This document shows positions 1 to 9,109 of a DNA stretch of 64,000 nt, piece after piece. The DNA lies in IMG/VR virus record IMGVR_UViG_3300044821_000131, positions 140,258-204,257 of that record; one strand, 5' to 3'. The notes beneath the pieces were generated by a model. The model ran no database searches, had not been told where the DNA came from, and was given only the letters and a program-made list of their open reading frames with translations. Numbering within the stretch: the stretch's first letter is position 1; each line of letters begins with the position of its first letter. A program made the position numbers and the translations under genes.

Positions 1-11
1 CTAAACTAATT

Positions 12-737
12 ATGCCCGACATTGATTTCTACGGCTACGAGCGCGATTACGCGGGAACTTATTTATACTCCAGCGACGTCGCTGCGATCTATTTCGACAA
101 CAATGGCGCCGGCACTCCGCAGCGAGCGGGTCTCGTTCAGAACGTGTCCGCCAGCTATCAGCACTCGGTGCTGCCCAGGTTCGAAGCCGGCAGCTCCGAG
201 CTGTACTGGGTGACCGGTCAAGCTCAAGGCAGTGTCGGCATGGGCCGCTTGGTCAGTTACGGCGGATTGCTGTCTGGAATTCAAGTCGGTCAGGGTAGTT
301 CCGATCTCCGCAACGGCATCCTTGGTGGCGTGAACATCAAGATCGGCAAACTGGCCGGTCAACTGCGTCAAGTTGCATTGCCGCAGAGTCAGCTGGTTAT
401 GACCGGTTGCGTTTTGGAGAGCTATTCCACATCGTTTACTACAGGCGCCTTGGAGGTGTCCGAAATGACGGCCATTCGAGTGGCCCTGATGAAGAAGGTT
501 GCGGCGGGCGGCAGTTCTGCCTTTGGCGGCGGTTCCGCGCTGAACGGCTCCGGTTTCGTTCCGGCTGGTGGTAACACTGGCGTTGGTGCTGGTGGGGGTC
601 TGGGCAGTGCCTTGGCGGCCGCGGCTGAGAATCAGCTTATTGCACCGGTGGCGCAAGGCGCTTCGATCTTGGCTAATCAGGTGGCGTCCAATGCCACCGG
701 CATTATCTCTTCGGGTCTGGACGCGATTGGGCTGTAA
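12..737 (+). CDS. Putative tail tube-like protein with Gly/Ala-rich C-terminal extension
   Basis: Beta-rich ~165 aa core (VQNVSASYQHSVLPRFEAGSSELYWVTG...LESYSTSFTTG) resembling contractile tail tube proteins; lies upstream of the spike and tape measure genes. Confidence 0.5.
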   Translation: MPDIDFYGYERDYAGTYLYSSDVAAIYFDNNGAGTPQRAGLVQNVSASYQHSVLPRFEAGSSELYWVTGQAQGSVGMGRLVSYGGLLSGIQVGQGSSDLRNGILGGVNIKIGKLAGQLRQVALPQSQLVMTGCVLESYSTSFTTGALEVSEMTAIRVALMKKVAAGGSSAFGGGSALNGSGFVPAGGNTGVGAGGGLGSALAAAAENQLIAPVAQGASILANQVASNATGIISSGLDAIGL

Positions 738-789
738 CTGGTTCGTTTTTAGTATTGACGTGACGGCGATTTGAGGCTTTGCTCTTTGC

Positions 790-2748
790 ATGCCGGTCGC
801 CGTCAAACTCACTCCAGGTCTATACGAAGGTATAGTCAAAGCCTACTACCCGCCCAACAACACGATCAAAGTAAAGCTGAAGGCCGACGGTGCCGTTATA
901 CCATGCATTTGGGCCGTCGGTGTAGTGTCAGCCATGGTAGGTTTCAAGACGTCTTACTACCCGCCGATGAAGACCGAGGTGGTTGTTTTCTGGCCTGGCA
1001 CCAGTCAATTCGGTTGGGTCATCGGATCCAAACCTTCGAACTCCGTTGACGCTAAACGCCAACGCCGCACCATGACCGGAGATGACGCATACAATTACGC
1101 GGCGCAGCAAACTTTTCACGTGCAGAATTCGAACAAGAACGAGGTATTCGTAGGACACAAACCTCCGGTGGATTTGGCCGAAGGTGAGATCAACATGGAG
1201 AATTGGATGGGCGTCGGTCTATCTCTGCTTCGAAATCTTTCCTCCTTACAAGCCGGAGACTTGGCTCGGATCGAATGTCATCTGCTCGACGACATGGTGC
1301 GCATCATCAGTGACACTTTTCGGCATTACACGGCCTTCGGAGATTTCAAGGTGTCGAACGATGGCGGCAAGCTCAATGTGATCTGGAATGGCACCAAGAG
1401 TGATTTCGAGGCCCTGGGCAACCAGCACGCCACGGATCTGAAAGCCAAGATGTCCTCCCCGACCAGCATCACCGAGGATTTGAATAGCATCAATCAGATG
1501 GATGATGGGCGCTGGAGATTCAGTCAGTTTCTCGGATGGTTGGGTAACTTCATAAACGTGTTCGTCACCGATCCAGTGAACAGTCTGGGACAGATCGCCG
1601 AAGGTCAATTTCGAAGCGGCAAGGCCCGTATCCACATAAATGACGACGGTGCTGTGCTGGTACAGTCAGTGACGGATATAGTGTTGGAGAAGGTCGTGCG
1701 GATACCGGTTCCGAATCAGTTGCGAAAAGAAGATGATCCGAAAGGAGATCTGTCAGACGCCGAGTTTCCAAATTCCGAGTATCTGAAAAATTGGACGCCG
1801 AGCAACACTAGCAATGTGTTCGAGATGGCCTATCAACTGCGCGAATACGCACGTTGGTTGAACAACACACACTCATTGTCCCGGTTTTATCAGATGACCC
1901 GGGATTGGGAGGTACCATCCGAAGCGCAGACTCCGACTCCCGATATCAATAGTGACGAGACTGACAAATTGGCGGTGAATGCAAGGGTATCTTCTGGCTG
2001 GCGCATCGCTTATGCCACTATCCGGATATACCGGGACGGTTCGATTCAAACGGTGGATGCTTATGGTAACGCCATAACCACCACGGCAACGGGCATTCAG
2101 ATTTCCACTCCGAAGAGCTTGTTGTTGCAGGCCGGCGCCTCCGTGAATATCGTGGCGGGCACGGATGTCAACATCTTGGCGCATAATAACGTGGGCATCA
2201 CTGCAGTAACTTCAGCCATTCGATTGAAGGCACAATCGGCTTTCATGCTGTGTTGTACCGCTGGAAATTTCGTGTACGAAGCAGCGCTAGATGCTTGGCA
2301 CAACTTCATTGGCGGCCTGTCGGTAAACAACAACGTACAAATCTCGCCTGTGGGCATCGTGAATGTCACCACGGGTCTAAATGTGCCGCTCATAAATACT
2401 GACATAATAAACACACAGAACTCAGTTATCGTAACGGGGTCTCCTGCGACCATCGTGACGATTCCAATTCCGGATATATTTCTCTTCCAGACGGCCTATG
2501 ATTCCGGAAACTTGTATCAGACCTTCACTCAACAGATGCTGGCTGACGGAGACATTCGATCCAGCGGGCAAGTCTGGCATTTCTCCGACAATGCTGTCGC
2601 CGGCAAAGGTTCACCATGGCCTGGTGCTGGTGCACAGGAGTTGACGACGAAAGCCGGCGATAAACTAAACAAGCCGTCGAGCAACAAGAAGTTCACATCG
2701 ACTCCCGCGACGATGACCCAACAAGATCCACAGATGATAACGGATTAA
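790..2748 (+). CDS. Baseplate central spike, gp5/VgrG-like
   Basis: N-terminal OB-fold-like segment (IKVKL...YYPPMKTEVVVFW...GWVIGS) and beta-helix-like repeats (GIQISTPKSLLLQAGASVNIVAGTDVNILAHNNVGITA); tail operon context. Confidence 0.65.
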   Translation: MPVAVKLTPGLYEGIVKAYYPPNNTIKVKLKADGAVIPCIWAVGVVSAMVGFKTSYYPPMKTEVVVFWPGTSQFGWVIGSKPSNSVDAKRQRRTMTGDDAYNYAAQQTFHVQNSNKNEVFVGHKPPVDLAEGEINMENWMGVGLSLLRNLSSLQAGDLARIECHLLDDMVRIISDTFRHYTAFGDFKVSNDGGKLNVIWNGTKSDFEALGNQHATDLKAKMSSPTSITEDLNSINQMDDGRWRFSQFLGWLGNFINVFVTDPVNSLGQIAEGQFRSGKARIHINDDGAVLVQSVTDIVLEKVVRIPVPNQLRKEDDPKGDLSDAEFPNSEYLKNWTPSNTSNVFEMAYQLREYARWLNNTHSLSRFYQMTRDWEVPSEAQTPTPDINSDETDKLAVNARVSSGWRIAYATIRIYRDGSIQTVDAYGNAITTTATGIQISTPKSLLLQAGASVNIVAGTDVNILAHNNVGITAVTSAIRLKAQSAFMLCCTAGNFVYEAALDAWHNFIGGLSVNNNVQISPVGIVNVTTGLNVPLINTDIINTQNSVIVTGSPATIVTIPIPDIFLFQTAYDSGNLYQTFTQQMLADGDIRSSGQVWHFSDNAVAGKGSPWPGAGAQELTTKAGDKLNKPSSNKKFTSTPATMTQQDPQMITD

Positions 2749-2751
2749 TTT

Positions 2752-3474
2752 ATGCTAAACAAACCTACACCACCGACAAATGTACACACAGCGCCCGGAA
2801 GTGCCGGGACTGAAACCCCGACGGTCACGGCGAAGTTCAATCAAGACGATCCCATACTTCGTCAAAAGGTGGAAGCTTTCGTGCAGGATGCCGGAGGTCG
2901 CCCCGCCGATAAAACTCCGGTAGAAGTGAAACCCAATGATGACTTCAATCTACCAAATCCGAATGACACGATGCTCACCGAAGCCTTGATCAACACTGAG
3001 CAGCAGGATGTCACCGACACCGAGAAGGCTGTCTTCGTAAAGGCTCTCCTGAACGATGAACCGGTGCGATTCTCGGTCAGCCTGTATGACGGGAAGTTCG
3101 TGGTAGATCTTCGGTCACGTTCATTGCACGAACAGCGGCGTATATTCGATGTGCTGGAGAAGGATCATAAGGACAAGCTGGTCGATGTCAACGACATGGC
3201 CTACTTCGTTACCCGTCTGCAACAGTACTGTATGGCGATCATGGTGGAACGTGTGAACGGCAAATCGTTCTCGGAGATTTCGATCCCCAGCAGCATGACC
3301 CTCGACGACACCCAAGCTCTACTTCACAAGGCCGTTGCTGCGCACGTCGAGGGTGTGCAGGGTATACGGTGGACGTCGTTAAACAATGCGCTGCGAATCT
3401 TCGAGGCAAAGTGTGCCAAGATGAACACGGAGGCAGCGAATCAGGATTTTTGGAAGCCCCGCGGGTCAGGTTAA
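2752..3474 (+). CDS. Hypothetical protein, possible tail assembly chaperone
   Basis: 240 aa ORF just upstream of the tape measure gene; call rests on position only. Confidence 0.4.
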   Translation: MLNKPTPPTNVHTAPGSAGTETPTVTAKFNQDDPILRQKVEAFVQDAGGRPADKTPVEVKPNDDFNLPNPNDTMLTEALINTEQQDVTDTEKAVFVKALLNDEPVRFSVSLYDGKFVVDLRSRSLHEQRRIFDVLEKDHKDKLVDVNDMAYFVTRLQQYCMAIMVERVNGKSFSEISIPSSMTLDDTQALLHKAVAAHVEGVQGIRWTSLNNALRIFEAKCAKMNTEAANQDFWKPRGSG

Positions 3475-3854
3475 TGATTTTGGCGCATCTGCGTGGGCTC
3501 TTAAAGCCAGGATACAGTCAGGGTGTGGCCTCCGTAATTCGTGAAGAGCTGGTCCTACAGGCGCTCTCACAAGAGACGGAAGCGCATAATCTGCTCAGTC
3601 AGGCTCAGATGACTTCCAGTATGCTGGCGGCCTACGATCCATCACAGCGTCCGAAGATGTTGCGACAGGCTATTGATAATCTACGAATGGGCAGTTCCTT
3701 GCTTAGGATGGAGTCCTATGATAAGATCGTCCGGCAAGTTAAAGCACACAGCGTCGAGGCCAATATAGCCGCGTTTAAGTTGTTGGAACATACGAATGTG
3801 TTCGAACTGTTGAAAAAAACTTTAGATAAGGAAACACAGAATGCCGGCGTTTAA
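3474..3854 (+). CDS. Hypothetical protein, possible second tail chaperone
   Basis: TAATG stop/start overlap at 3472-3476 supports a start at 3474; helical; precedes the tape measure gene. Confidence 0.35.
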   Translation: MILAHLRGLLKPGYSQGVASVIREELVLQALSQETEAHNLLSQAQMTSSMLAAYDPSQRPKMLRQAIDNLRMGSSLLRMESYDKIVRQVKAHSVEANIAAFKLLEHTNVFELLKKTLDKETQNAGV

Positions 3855-6648
3855 TACACCGAACCCATACGGAAGTTATTTCAACTTTAACTCCGCCTAT
3901 GGTGGTGACCCCACGCCCTCACTATGGCGCAATCCCAATTATCCCAACATGGGTGCCCCCGTATCGCAAGGTGTAGCCTCGGCCATGGGAAGCCCTTCCG
4001 GCGGTATAAACCCGACCGAGACAGAGTTCCTCAATACCCGGCGCCGGGACATTGCCTTCCAATCCTTCATTGACCGCGCCATCAAGGAAGACCCCCGTAC
4101 CCGTACAATGGGCAATATGCTGCTGGACAGCATTTACGGTAATGACACCAGAGCGAAGACCTTGGCCATGGCGCGCGTAGGTGGCGCTGATGCCTATCAA
4201 GGCATCATTGGCACCGTGATGAACACGCCGGGTCTGAGCGGTTATTTCGGCGGGTCGGCCCGATCGTTGGCTGTTGGTTCGCTTGCAATTGGCACCAGCG
4301 GTCTGACCATGAATGGTTACGGTGTGTTTGGTGACAAGTCCATGAACCTGCGTTTTGCTGATGAGATGATGCGTCAAGTGAACAGTCGGTTTTACGCGCC
4401 CAATGGCAATCCGATACTCTCGATGACGAATGGTCTCAACCGTGATCAGATGGGTGGTGTAATGGTGCAGGCGGCGTCGCAAGGAGCCTTCACCGGTCTG
4501 GACATGGGTATGTTTCAAAAGTTGGATGCCGCCGGACGCACGTCTAAATTTATTGCCAATGGCAGCACCGTTCAGAAGATCACTGAATTCATGAAGGACA
4601 CGACCAAGGCTCTTGGTAGCCTGATCGACGTCTATGGCAACATCAGTTCGGGCGAGCTCTTACAAAAGGCTCAACAGATCACTGGTCTGGACCTGAGTCG
4701 ATTGGGAAATGCTAAGCTGATGTCGGAACGCCTGCAACGTTTGCGTGATATATCTGGATCCACTGGGATCGACGTGCAGTCGGCTTTCGATTTTTCGGCG
4801 CGGGCTGTGGATTACGGAACGGCTATCGGACTGCGACCGGAAATGGCTGGCTCCATCGGCGGATACGCCACTCGTCAGGGTTGGATGAATTATCGGGCGC
4901 GGCAGCTTAATACCAGTGGGTTCTATACGAACACGGTCAGCCCGATGGAGATGATTCAATCCAGTGTGCGGGATCAGACGGCTATGAGCCAAGATCCTCT
5001 CGGAGCCAGGTTCTACGCTTTGCAGATGGCCATAACGAACAGCGGCATGGACGCGACCAGTGCTGCTAATCTGCGTAATCGTGCTTCAGGCTTCAGTGCG
5101 AATGCGGCCGGAGTAAGTGCTTTCGATCAGATGTTCCAATCAAACTTCGGTATGTCAGCGCCTGGTCTAATTCGCGCTATGGGTGGAACTGCTGGTTTGC
5201 AACAACAATTGAGCCCAAGAGACCAAGAACTGGCAGCTGAAGCTGGGAATCGTAACCTAATGGCCCGACAAGGTCGGCTGATTGGTTACAATTTGTCTCG
5301 TGGGGGCATTATGCCGATGGGCAGCACTCGTGCTCAGATTGCTGCGATGCATGGATTGGTGACCACCTTTGACGACCAAACGATCTCGAAATTACTCGAC
5401 AGTGGTAGTTCTGCTGGCGACATCGCTGGCATCGTAGGTAAGATACTGGGACCGAATGCCTCTGGGGCTCTGAGCGACATCAACACAATTCGCGGTATGG
5501 GTGCTGGTGGGGTATTGGCCTATCACAACACGCGTTCGGCCATTCAGGCGAACGAGCTTACGAAAGGATTTCGATCTCAGGAAAGCTGGATCAAGAATGC
5601 CTACATGAACATGACGCAGATATCCACGGAGGCACGGGGGCAATTGCTTGGGGGTGGGTTCATGGCTGGCATGATGGACAAATATTCCGGCAATGATCCG
5701 ATGGGTCAATTGATGTGGCTGCAGAAGAATCGTCCTGATGTTGTGGCCGGGCTTGGCCGAGGTCAGTCGATCAGCATGGATTTTGCCAGTTTCATGAACG
5801 CAGACGGTTCGCTTAACATGGGAGCCTGGCAAAACGCCGCTAAGCAGTGGAGATCAGGTTTAGAACGCACACCGGAAGGCGCGGCGATTTCTCGTCGGTT
5901 CAAGCTTAACGGAATTGGCGGGCCAAACAATGCCAGTATACTGACCGATTTTTACAACACCGTCCGGGATCCCGGTAAACTGCAAGACTTGATGTCCGGA
6001 TTTAACATGTACGGGCTTGATAGTGGAAAAGGTGTAGCCTTCGCACGCTCTTCGGATTTGGCCCAGAAGGGTTTATATGGAGATACTGCCTCTGACATGT
6101 TGGCAGTGGCCAACGACCTGAGTCGCGCGGGTGGTTCCGAAACAGAGGTGGCTAATTTCAGAATGTACGCTGCGGCATTACAATCCGGAGGATTGATGTT
6201 CAGAGTTGGTAAGAACGGGGTTATGTCACGATCAGCTTTCGGTCGCGCGAGCGCTGACGCTATGGCCACCATGAGCAAGCAGTTCGAGACTTCCGTGATG
6301 AGTCATGTGTTGTCGGGCGGAAGCATTAGCAATACAACGCTGGTACAAATAGCCAAGCACGGTTACGCTGGTCACATGTTATCTGAGTGGCAGGATAAAG
6401 AAGACATGTTGAAATCGTTGATTAATATTGATCCCAAGAAGCATTGGTGGAATTCTGATCCGAGACAGGATCAGATCAACAGTCTGGAGAAGGCGAAGAA
6501 TTTGCTGAAGGCTGCTGGCGTGCAATCAGATTCCAAATTGGACAATGCAACTGGTGGTGGCAGAATTACCGGTAATTTAACAATTGAAGGAAGAAACGAC
6601 TTGGTGATGAAACTAAACGCGATCTTGGACGCGCCAACAACTCAATAA
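3841..6648 (+). CDS. Tape measure protein-like
   Basis: 935 aa, rich in Gly/Ala/Met/Ser and apparently helical; lies between chaperone-like and baseplate genes. Confidence 0.65.
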   Translation: MPAFNTPNPYGSYFNFNSAYGGDPTPSLWRNPNYPNMGAPVSQGVASAMGSPSGGINPTETEFLNTRRRDIAFQSFIDRAIKEDPRTRTMGNMLLDSIYGNDTRAKTLAMARVGGADAYQGIIGTVMNTPGLSGYFGGSARSLAVGSLAIGTSGLTMNGYGVFGDKSMNLRFADEMMRQVNSRFYAPNGNPILSMTNGLNRDQMGGVMVQAASQGAFTGLDMGMFQKLDAAGRTSKFIANGSTVQKITEFMKDTTKALGSLIDVYGNISSGELLQKAQQITGLDLSRLGNAKLMSERLQRLRDISGSTGIDVQSAFDFSARAVDYGTAIGLRPEMAGSIGGYATRQGWMNYRARQLNTSGFYTNTVSPMEMIQSSVRDQTAMSQDPLGARFYALQMAITNSGMDATSAANLRNRASGFSANAAGVSAFDQMFQSNFGMSAPGLIRAMGGTAGLQQQLSPRDQELAAEAGNRNLMARQGRLIGYNLSRGGIMPMGSTRAQIAAMHGLVTTFDDQTISKLLDSGSSAGDIAGIVGKILGPNASGALSDINTIRGMGAGGVLAYHNTRSAIQANELTKGFRSQESWIKNAYMNMTQISTEARGQLLGGGFMAGMMDKYSGNDPMGQLMWLQKNRPDVVAGLGRGQSISMDFASFMNADGSLNMGAWQNAAKQWRSGLERTPEGAAISRRFKLNGIGGPNNASILTDFYNTVRDPGKLQDLMSGFNMYGLDSGKGVAFARSSDLAQKGLYGDTASDMLAVANDLSRAGGSETEVANFRMYAAALQSGGLMFRVGKNGVMSRSAFGRASADAMATMSKQFETSVMSHVLSGGSISNTTLVQIAKHGYAGHMLSEWQDKEDMLKSLINIDPKKHWWNSDPRQDQINSLEKAKNLLKAAGVQSDSKLDNATGGGRITGNLTIEGRNDLVMKLNAILDAPTTQ

Positions 6649-6651
6649 TGT

Positions 6652-8316
6652 ATGTCAAGTGCTTACAGCATGCCGGCGCTCTCAGATCTGACTGGAATGT
6701 CCACTCAGGACAAAGTTGTCTTGGCCAAGCAGATAAAGGCGGCGAACGATGCTGCGCCCCCGTTCAGTTCGCAAGCCGATAAGACTGAAAAAGATTTGGA
6801 TACGGTCTTGGATTCCGATCCGAATGTGGCGAAGCAAGTTTACGCCGACACGGCATCTACTCCTTCAGCATCTTCGAATGCCGTACAAATGGCAGCCACC
6901 AGCCCGACCCCGGCCAATCTGGATTCAAATCCCAATGCTAGGGCTTCTGATGATTTCACTGCAGCATCGGACCCTAACGTCGTGCCCCTGGATTATATCA
7001 CTGGAGACGCCGCGAAACAGGATCAATTAAATGCTATAGTGCAAGCCAATGCTCCGGTAACCGGACAGATTGATGCCACGATACCCGGAAATTTGAGTCC
7101 GCCTCCCGCATCGTCCTCGGCGTTGTTGGGTGTGACTGCACCTAATGCCAACGATGCTGCCGCAGCTGCCGCGGGTTGGGAGATTCAGCCAGCGCCGAAA
7201 GCGCCTCCACCATCGCCTACGACCGGAGTGGCTATCCTTTGTGCCCGGGGAACCACCATGGTCACGGAGCTGAATTCGAATTCGAATACCCACAACACTG
7301 GATATTACGCAATTGAGGAGTGGTCCAGGTATCCGGACACATTGCGCCAACAGAATACCAACTCGAAGCAGGTACAGAACGCCAATCTATCGAAGAGCAT
7401 ATCGACGCAGGTGAAATTGGCGCCGATACTGATCACGGGTTGTACCTTTTCGCACCGTGATGTGATCAGTCAGACGTTGTGTATGAACAACGTAAAGGTA
7501 CTCTATTCGTTCGGCCAGAATTACGGCGACGTAACCATAGCCGGTGAAATACTTCTCGGCAACTTCGGTGATTTACTATTGGCTAACAACACGGTCAAAA
7601 CTTTTGTAGATTTCTTTTGGAAATACCGTGTATCGAACTATTTGGCACCGGTTACAGTGTCCGCGGTGAACGAGAAATTTCTTACATATCTGGTTGGCAT
7701 GGATTTCGGTGACATCATTCCCGACGTTCATATCCTGCCGTTTCTACTACATGGGATTCTTTTGGACGTGTCGAGAAACAAAAAGGCGGTTATTAATCCT
7801 CCCAGTGTGGTGCTGTCGACTGCGGATATATTTAACAGTTCGATCGCTGCGGCACTGTCCAAGACCACGAGTGTGAACACATCGTTGACGGGTGTGGGAA
7901 CTACGACGTCGGCAAGCACATCGGCTGCGAACACAACCAATGCCGCGAATGCTGCTGCAGCACAAATACAGATATTCAATAAGGACAATATACCAAGTAC
8001 GTTGCCAACTAAGGAAGCCGCGGCGCTACCGTCAGCAGAAGCCGCGGCTCCGGATACCGGTGCTTGTACGGACCCTGTGGCAATTTGTGCTAAGAATGCT
8101 GGCAGTCTTACGCCGACACAGAAATCTTTTCATGATGCCTACGTTGCCGACCTTAATAAAGGTCTGAAAGATCCTCTGTCTCAAGATCGAGACTTGGCGG
8201 ACTTGGGCGACGCGGTAACCGACGAGGAATCAACTCGATATAAAGCTGTGCAAAACGAACGCGCGGTGCAGGCATCCACTATCAACACACAGGCGTCCTT
8301 ACAGGCACTACAGTGA
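6652..8316 (+). CDS. Putative tube initiator/baseplate protein with low-complexity arms
   Basis: Central tube-like beta segment (ITGCTFSHRDVISQTLCMNNVKVLYSFGQNYGDVTIAGEIL) flanked by Ala/Pro/Thr/Ser-rich regions. Confidence 0.4.
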   Translation: MSSAYSMPALSDLTGMSTQDKVVLAKQIKAANDAAPPFSSQADKTEKDLDTVLDSDPNVAKQVYADTASTPSASSNAVQMAATSPTPANLDSNPNARASDDFTAASDPNVVPLDYITGDAAKQDQLNAIVQANAPVTGQIDATIPGNLSPPPASSSALLGVTAPNANDAAAAAAGWEIQPAPKAPPPSPTTGVAILCARGTTMVTELNSNSNTHNTGYYAIEEWSRYPDTLRQQNTNSKQVQNANLSKSISTQVKLAPILITGCTFSHRDVISQTLCMNNVKVLYSFGQNYGDVTIAGEILLGNFGDLLLANNTVKTFVDFFWKYRVSNYLAPVTVSAVNEKFLTYLVGMDFGDIIPDVHILPFLLHGILLDVSRNKKAVINPPSVVLSTADIFNSSIAAALSKTTSVNTSLTGVGTTTSASTSAANTTNAANAAAAQIQIFNKDNIPSTLPTKEAAALPSAEAAAPDTGACTDPVAICAKNAGSLTPTQKSFHDAYVADLNKGLKDPLSQDRDLADLGDAVTDEESTRYKAVQNERAVQASTINTQASLQALQ

Positions 8317-8317
8317 T

Positions 8318-9109
8318 ATGATCAACAAATTTTTACATGCGTTGACGAACCGACAGATAATATCTGGCGATCCAATGTTCGCTAGTGATCCTACCTTCGT
8401 GCCGGCGAAGTTGACGTCGAACGACTTGGCCATCAGGTCAGCACTGTGTTTGGACTATACAACGTCTGATTACTATCTCCGGGCCTACGTAGCCTTAATG
8501 GACACTTATCCGGACATTTTGTCCGCATTGAATGACAAGGTTATCAGCTATTCCGTGAAGGATTTCCTGCCACGCGGAGTTCGGATTCAAGGAGCTACAC
8601 TGTTTAGCAATCCGGGCACCTCTGGATTCTTCTCCGATCTGCGTCCATTGTCCATGCCTGTAGGTTTATCCTACACGATCGATCTGCCTTCGGTCAGCAA
8701 CACGATCAATAATTCCATGTGTACGATCAAGCAGGTGGAAACCGGGATTGTGCGCCAAGCTTCCTGTATTCTCTCGACCGATCCCAATGACACACTGTTG
8801 CGCATCGATTGGCCAGACGGCATTCCATTCCAAGGTCCAATGCGCCTCACTCAACCATGGGTCAGCGGCGCGCACATCTATATCCAGACTGAACCCAGTC
8901 GTTTCCCTTATTATGCCGCCGTACAGGGCGTGCGACAACAACCTTATCTGTCACAGCTGTTGTCGAACTATGGCGTGTTAGAGGCTTTCAAGAACACTCA
9001 GGATAGTCGAGACCAGTTGGCTATCGTGCTGTTGGTCGTGGCTTTGAGCAATCCGGCAGTGTACAAACCGATTAATCCCGGATCGTTTACTCCGATTTCG
9101 GCTGGTTGA
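8318..9109 (+). CDS. Hypothetical protein in baseplate module
   Basis: 263 aa ORF tightly coupled to its neighbours. Confidence 0.35.
   Translation: MINKFLHALTNRQIISGDPMFASDPTFVPAKLTSNDLAIRSALCLDYTTSDYYLRAYVALMDTYPDILSALNDKVISYSVKDFLPRGVRIQGATLFSNPGTSGFFSDLRPLSMPVGLSYTIDLPSVSNTINNSMCTIKQVETGIVRQASCILSTDPNDTLLRIDWPDGIPFQGPMRLTQPWVSGAHIYIQTEPSRFPYYAAVQGVRQQPYLSQLLSNYGVLEAFKNTQDSRDQLAIVLLVVALSNPAVYKPINPGSFTPISAG

Noticed and set aside
755-783. Promoter upstream of the spike gene
   Set aside because: TTGACG is present, but the sequence 17 bp downstream (TTTGCT) is a poor -10
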